The translations under genes and the position numbers were made by a program. Below the pieces are notes generated by a model. The model ran no database searches and was not told the origin of the DNA. It saw only the letters and a program-made list of their open reading frames with translations. From Podarcis erhardii (Eukaryota), in NCBI GenBank assembly GCA_964252035.1, contig OZ176202.1: a stretch of DNA of 64,000 nucleotides; one strand, given 5' to 3'. Within the stretch, counting starts at the first letter, position 1. Every line of letters begins with the position of its first letter. Positions 62,775 through 64,000 of the stretch are shown in pieces.

Positions 62775-64000
62775 CAGCCCCCCTCACCTTCCCACCCAAC
62801 CCTCTGACCAGGCTGTAACATTTTGTTTGGGTGAAGGAAGCCACCAACAGCTTATCATACTCACGGTGTATAGGAATGCAAAGGAACAGTACTTGATTAG
62901 AGACTGAGGCTGTTAGCACACCAAGCTGGAGGGGAGGAAATGAAAGAAAGAGAAAATATGGAGGAATGCGAGAGGAGGAAAGAAGGCAAATGGGATAGAC
63001 CAAGGGAGATAAAAAAAGATAAGTGCCTAAGGCTGCCATTGCTCCTTCCCAAACCCTATATCCCTTGTCACCTGTGAGCCACAGGAAGCCTCTGCTAACT
63101 AATTCCACAATGATGGTTGCCTGCTGTGATTCAAAAGTCCAAGTGGGCATTGGGCAGCTGCCCTGGAACTGGAGAACTTGTGTGTGTCCCCTAGGGTAGG
63201 GAAGAAGGTGAGTGAGTAAAGAGGGAGGGATGGGAGATCCAGAGGGAATGGCCAGGAGAAGTATTGAGGGAAATTAGAAACTTAAATACGAAGGGTGGTA
63301 TTGAACTGAGTTTTACTCAGAGGAGACATATTAAAATAAATGGACCTAACTTAGTCACGGTCATTAATTTCAAAGGGTTTACTCTGATTAAACCTTAGTT
63401 GAATACCACCCAAAGGTTAATAAAAATTTTGGGAGACGGAATCTGTTATAGGAGAAGTAAACGCAAAAGAGGCAATATGGATGGATGAAAGAAACTGACA
63501 TTTTGTGGGGTACAATTAAAAAAGAACATCGACACAGCAAAGAAATTTAGCCATTTGGAAAGAGCCATTATCAATAGAAAATGTCACTAACTGCTGGCTG
63601 ATTGTGCCAAATTCCTCCTAAAATGGGCAAAATGTGAATTCTACTAAGCAAGTTTTTATCAGCTCATAGTCTCTTTGTAGAGCAGTTGATGATAGCATCT
63701 GAATCACTCCAGAAATATGGTACAAGAATAAGAATGCTAGAATGCACCTCTCCATACCATTGCCTTGAACAGGAGCTGAATGTTAAATAAATAGCATGTT
63801 CTGGAAAACATAATGACTCAGGCTCTTCTGAGATCCCTGTGCAAAGAGACAGCATTCCATGGTTGGCATAACTCACTTACTAGCATAAAAACTTAGTAAA
63901 AGTTTTAAAAGGTATATAGATAATGGCAGGATATAGATAATCATTAATGCATTTTTAAAATCCTAAAGCTGCAACTGAATTCTCTTTGGCAGACTTATCC

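Larger units (their letters stand above)
1..64000 (-). other. BTBD9: BTBD9 gene body (three internal coding exons plus introns; both gene ends lie outside the window)
   Basis: Three minus-strand exons splice in frame (phases 2/1, 1/2, 2/2). They encode RYIRIVGTHNTVNKVFHIVAFECMFTNKTFTLEKGLIVPTENIATVADCASVIEGVSRSRNALLNGDTKNYDWDSGYTCHQLGSGAIVVQLAQPYMIGSIRLLLWDCDDRSYSYYIEVSTNQQQWTMVADRTKVSCK, which I recognise as BTBD9. Confidence 0.97.

Noticed and set aside
49320-64000. Search for the previous BTBD9 exon (SYSYFIEVSMDELDW...)
   Set aside because: Not found by eye; presumably beyond the right edge, consistent with a long intron.

Overview
This is vertebrate genomic DNA from a squamate reptile, probably a lacertid lizard (Sauria SINEs, Bov-B, and CR1/L2/Penelope/MITE families typical of lizards). 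The whole window lies inside BTBD9 on the minus strand. Three coding exons were found by manual translation (49210-49319, 36637-36826, 20072-20179). All have canonical GT-AG sites and join in frame into the tandem discoidin-like C-terminal region; from my recall they match human exons 7-9. The neighbouring BTBD9 exons are outside the window. The rest is intron, dense with transposable elements, and almost none of the supplied ORFs are genes. Best leads: (1) a protein-like plus-strand exon at the window start that ends on a strong donor, a candidate nested antisense gene; (2) a compact cluster of plus-strand exon-like segments at 13.2-15.2 kb, including a GC-AG intron whose removal would create a ~60-nt hairpin; (3) a perfect 81-bp-arm Penelope palindrome and an intact minimal hammerhead ribozyme; (4) a solo LTR carrying an intact ~100-codon frame; (5) eight mariner-type MITEs all in one orientation. 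No database searches could be run, so family names come from recalled motifs and many element boundaries are approximate.
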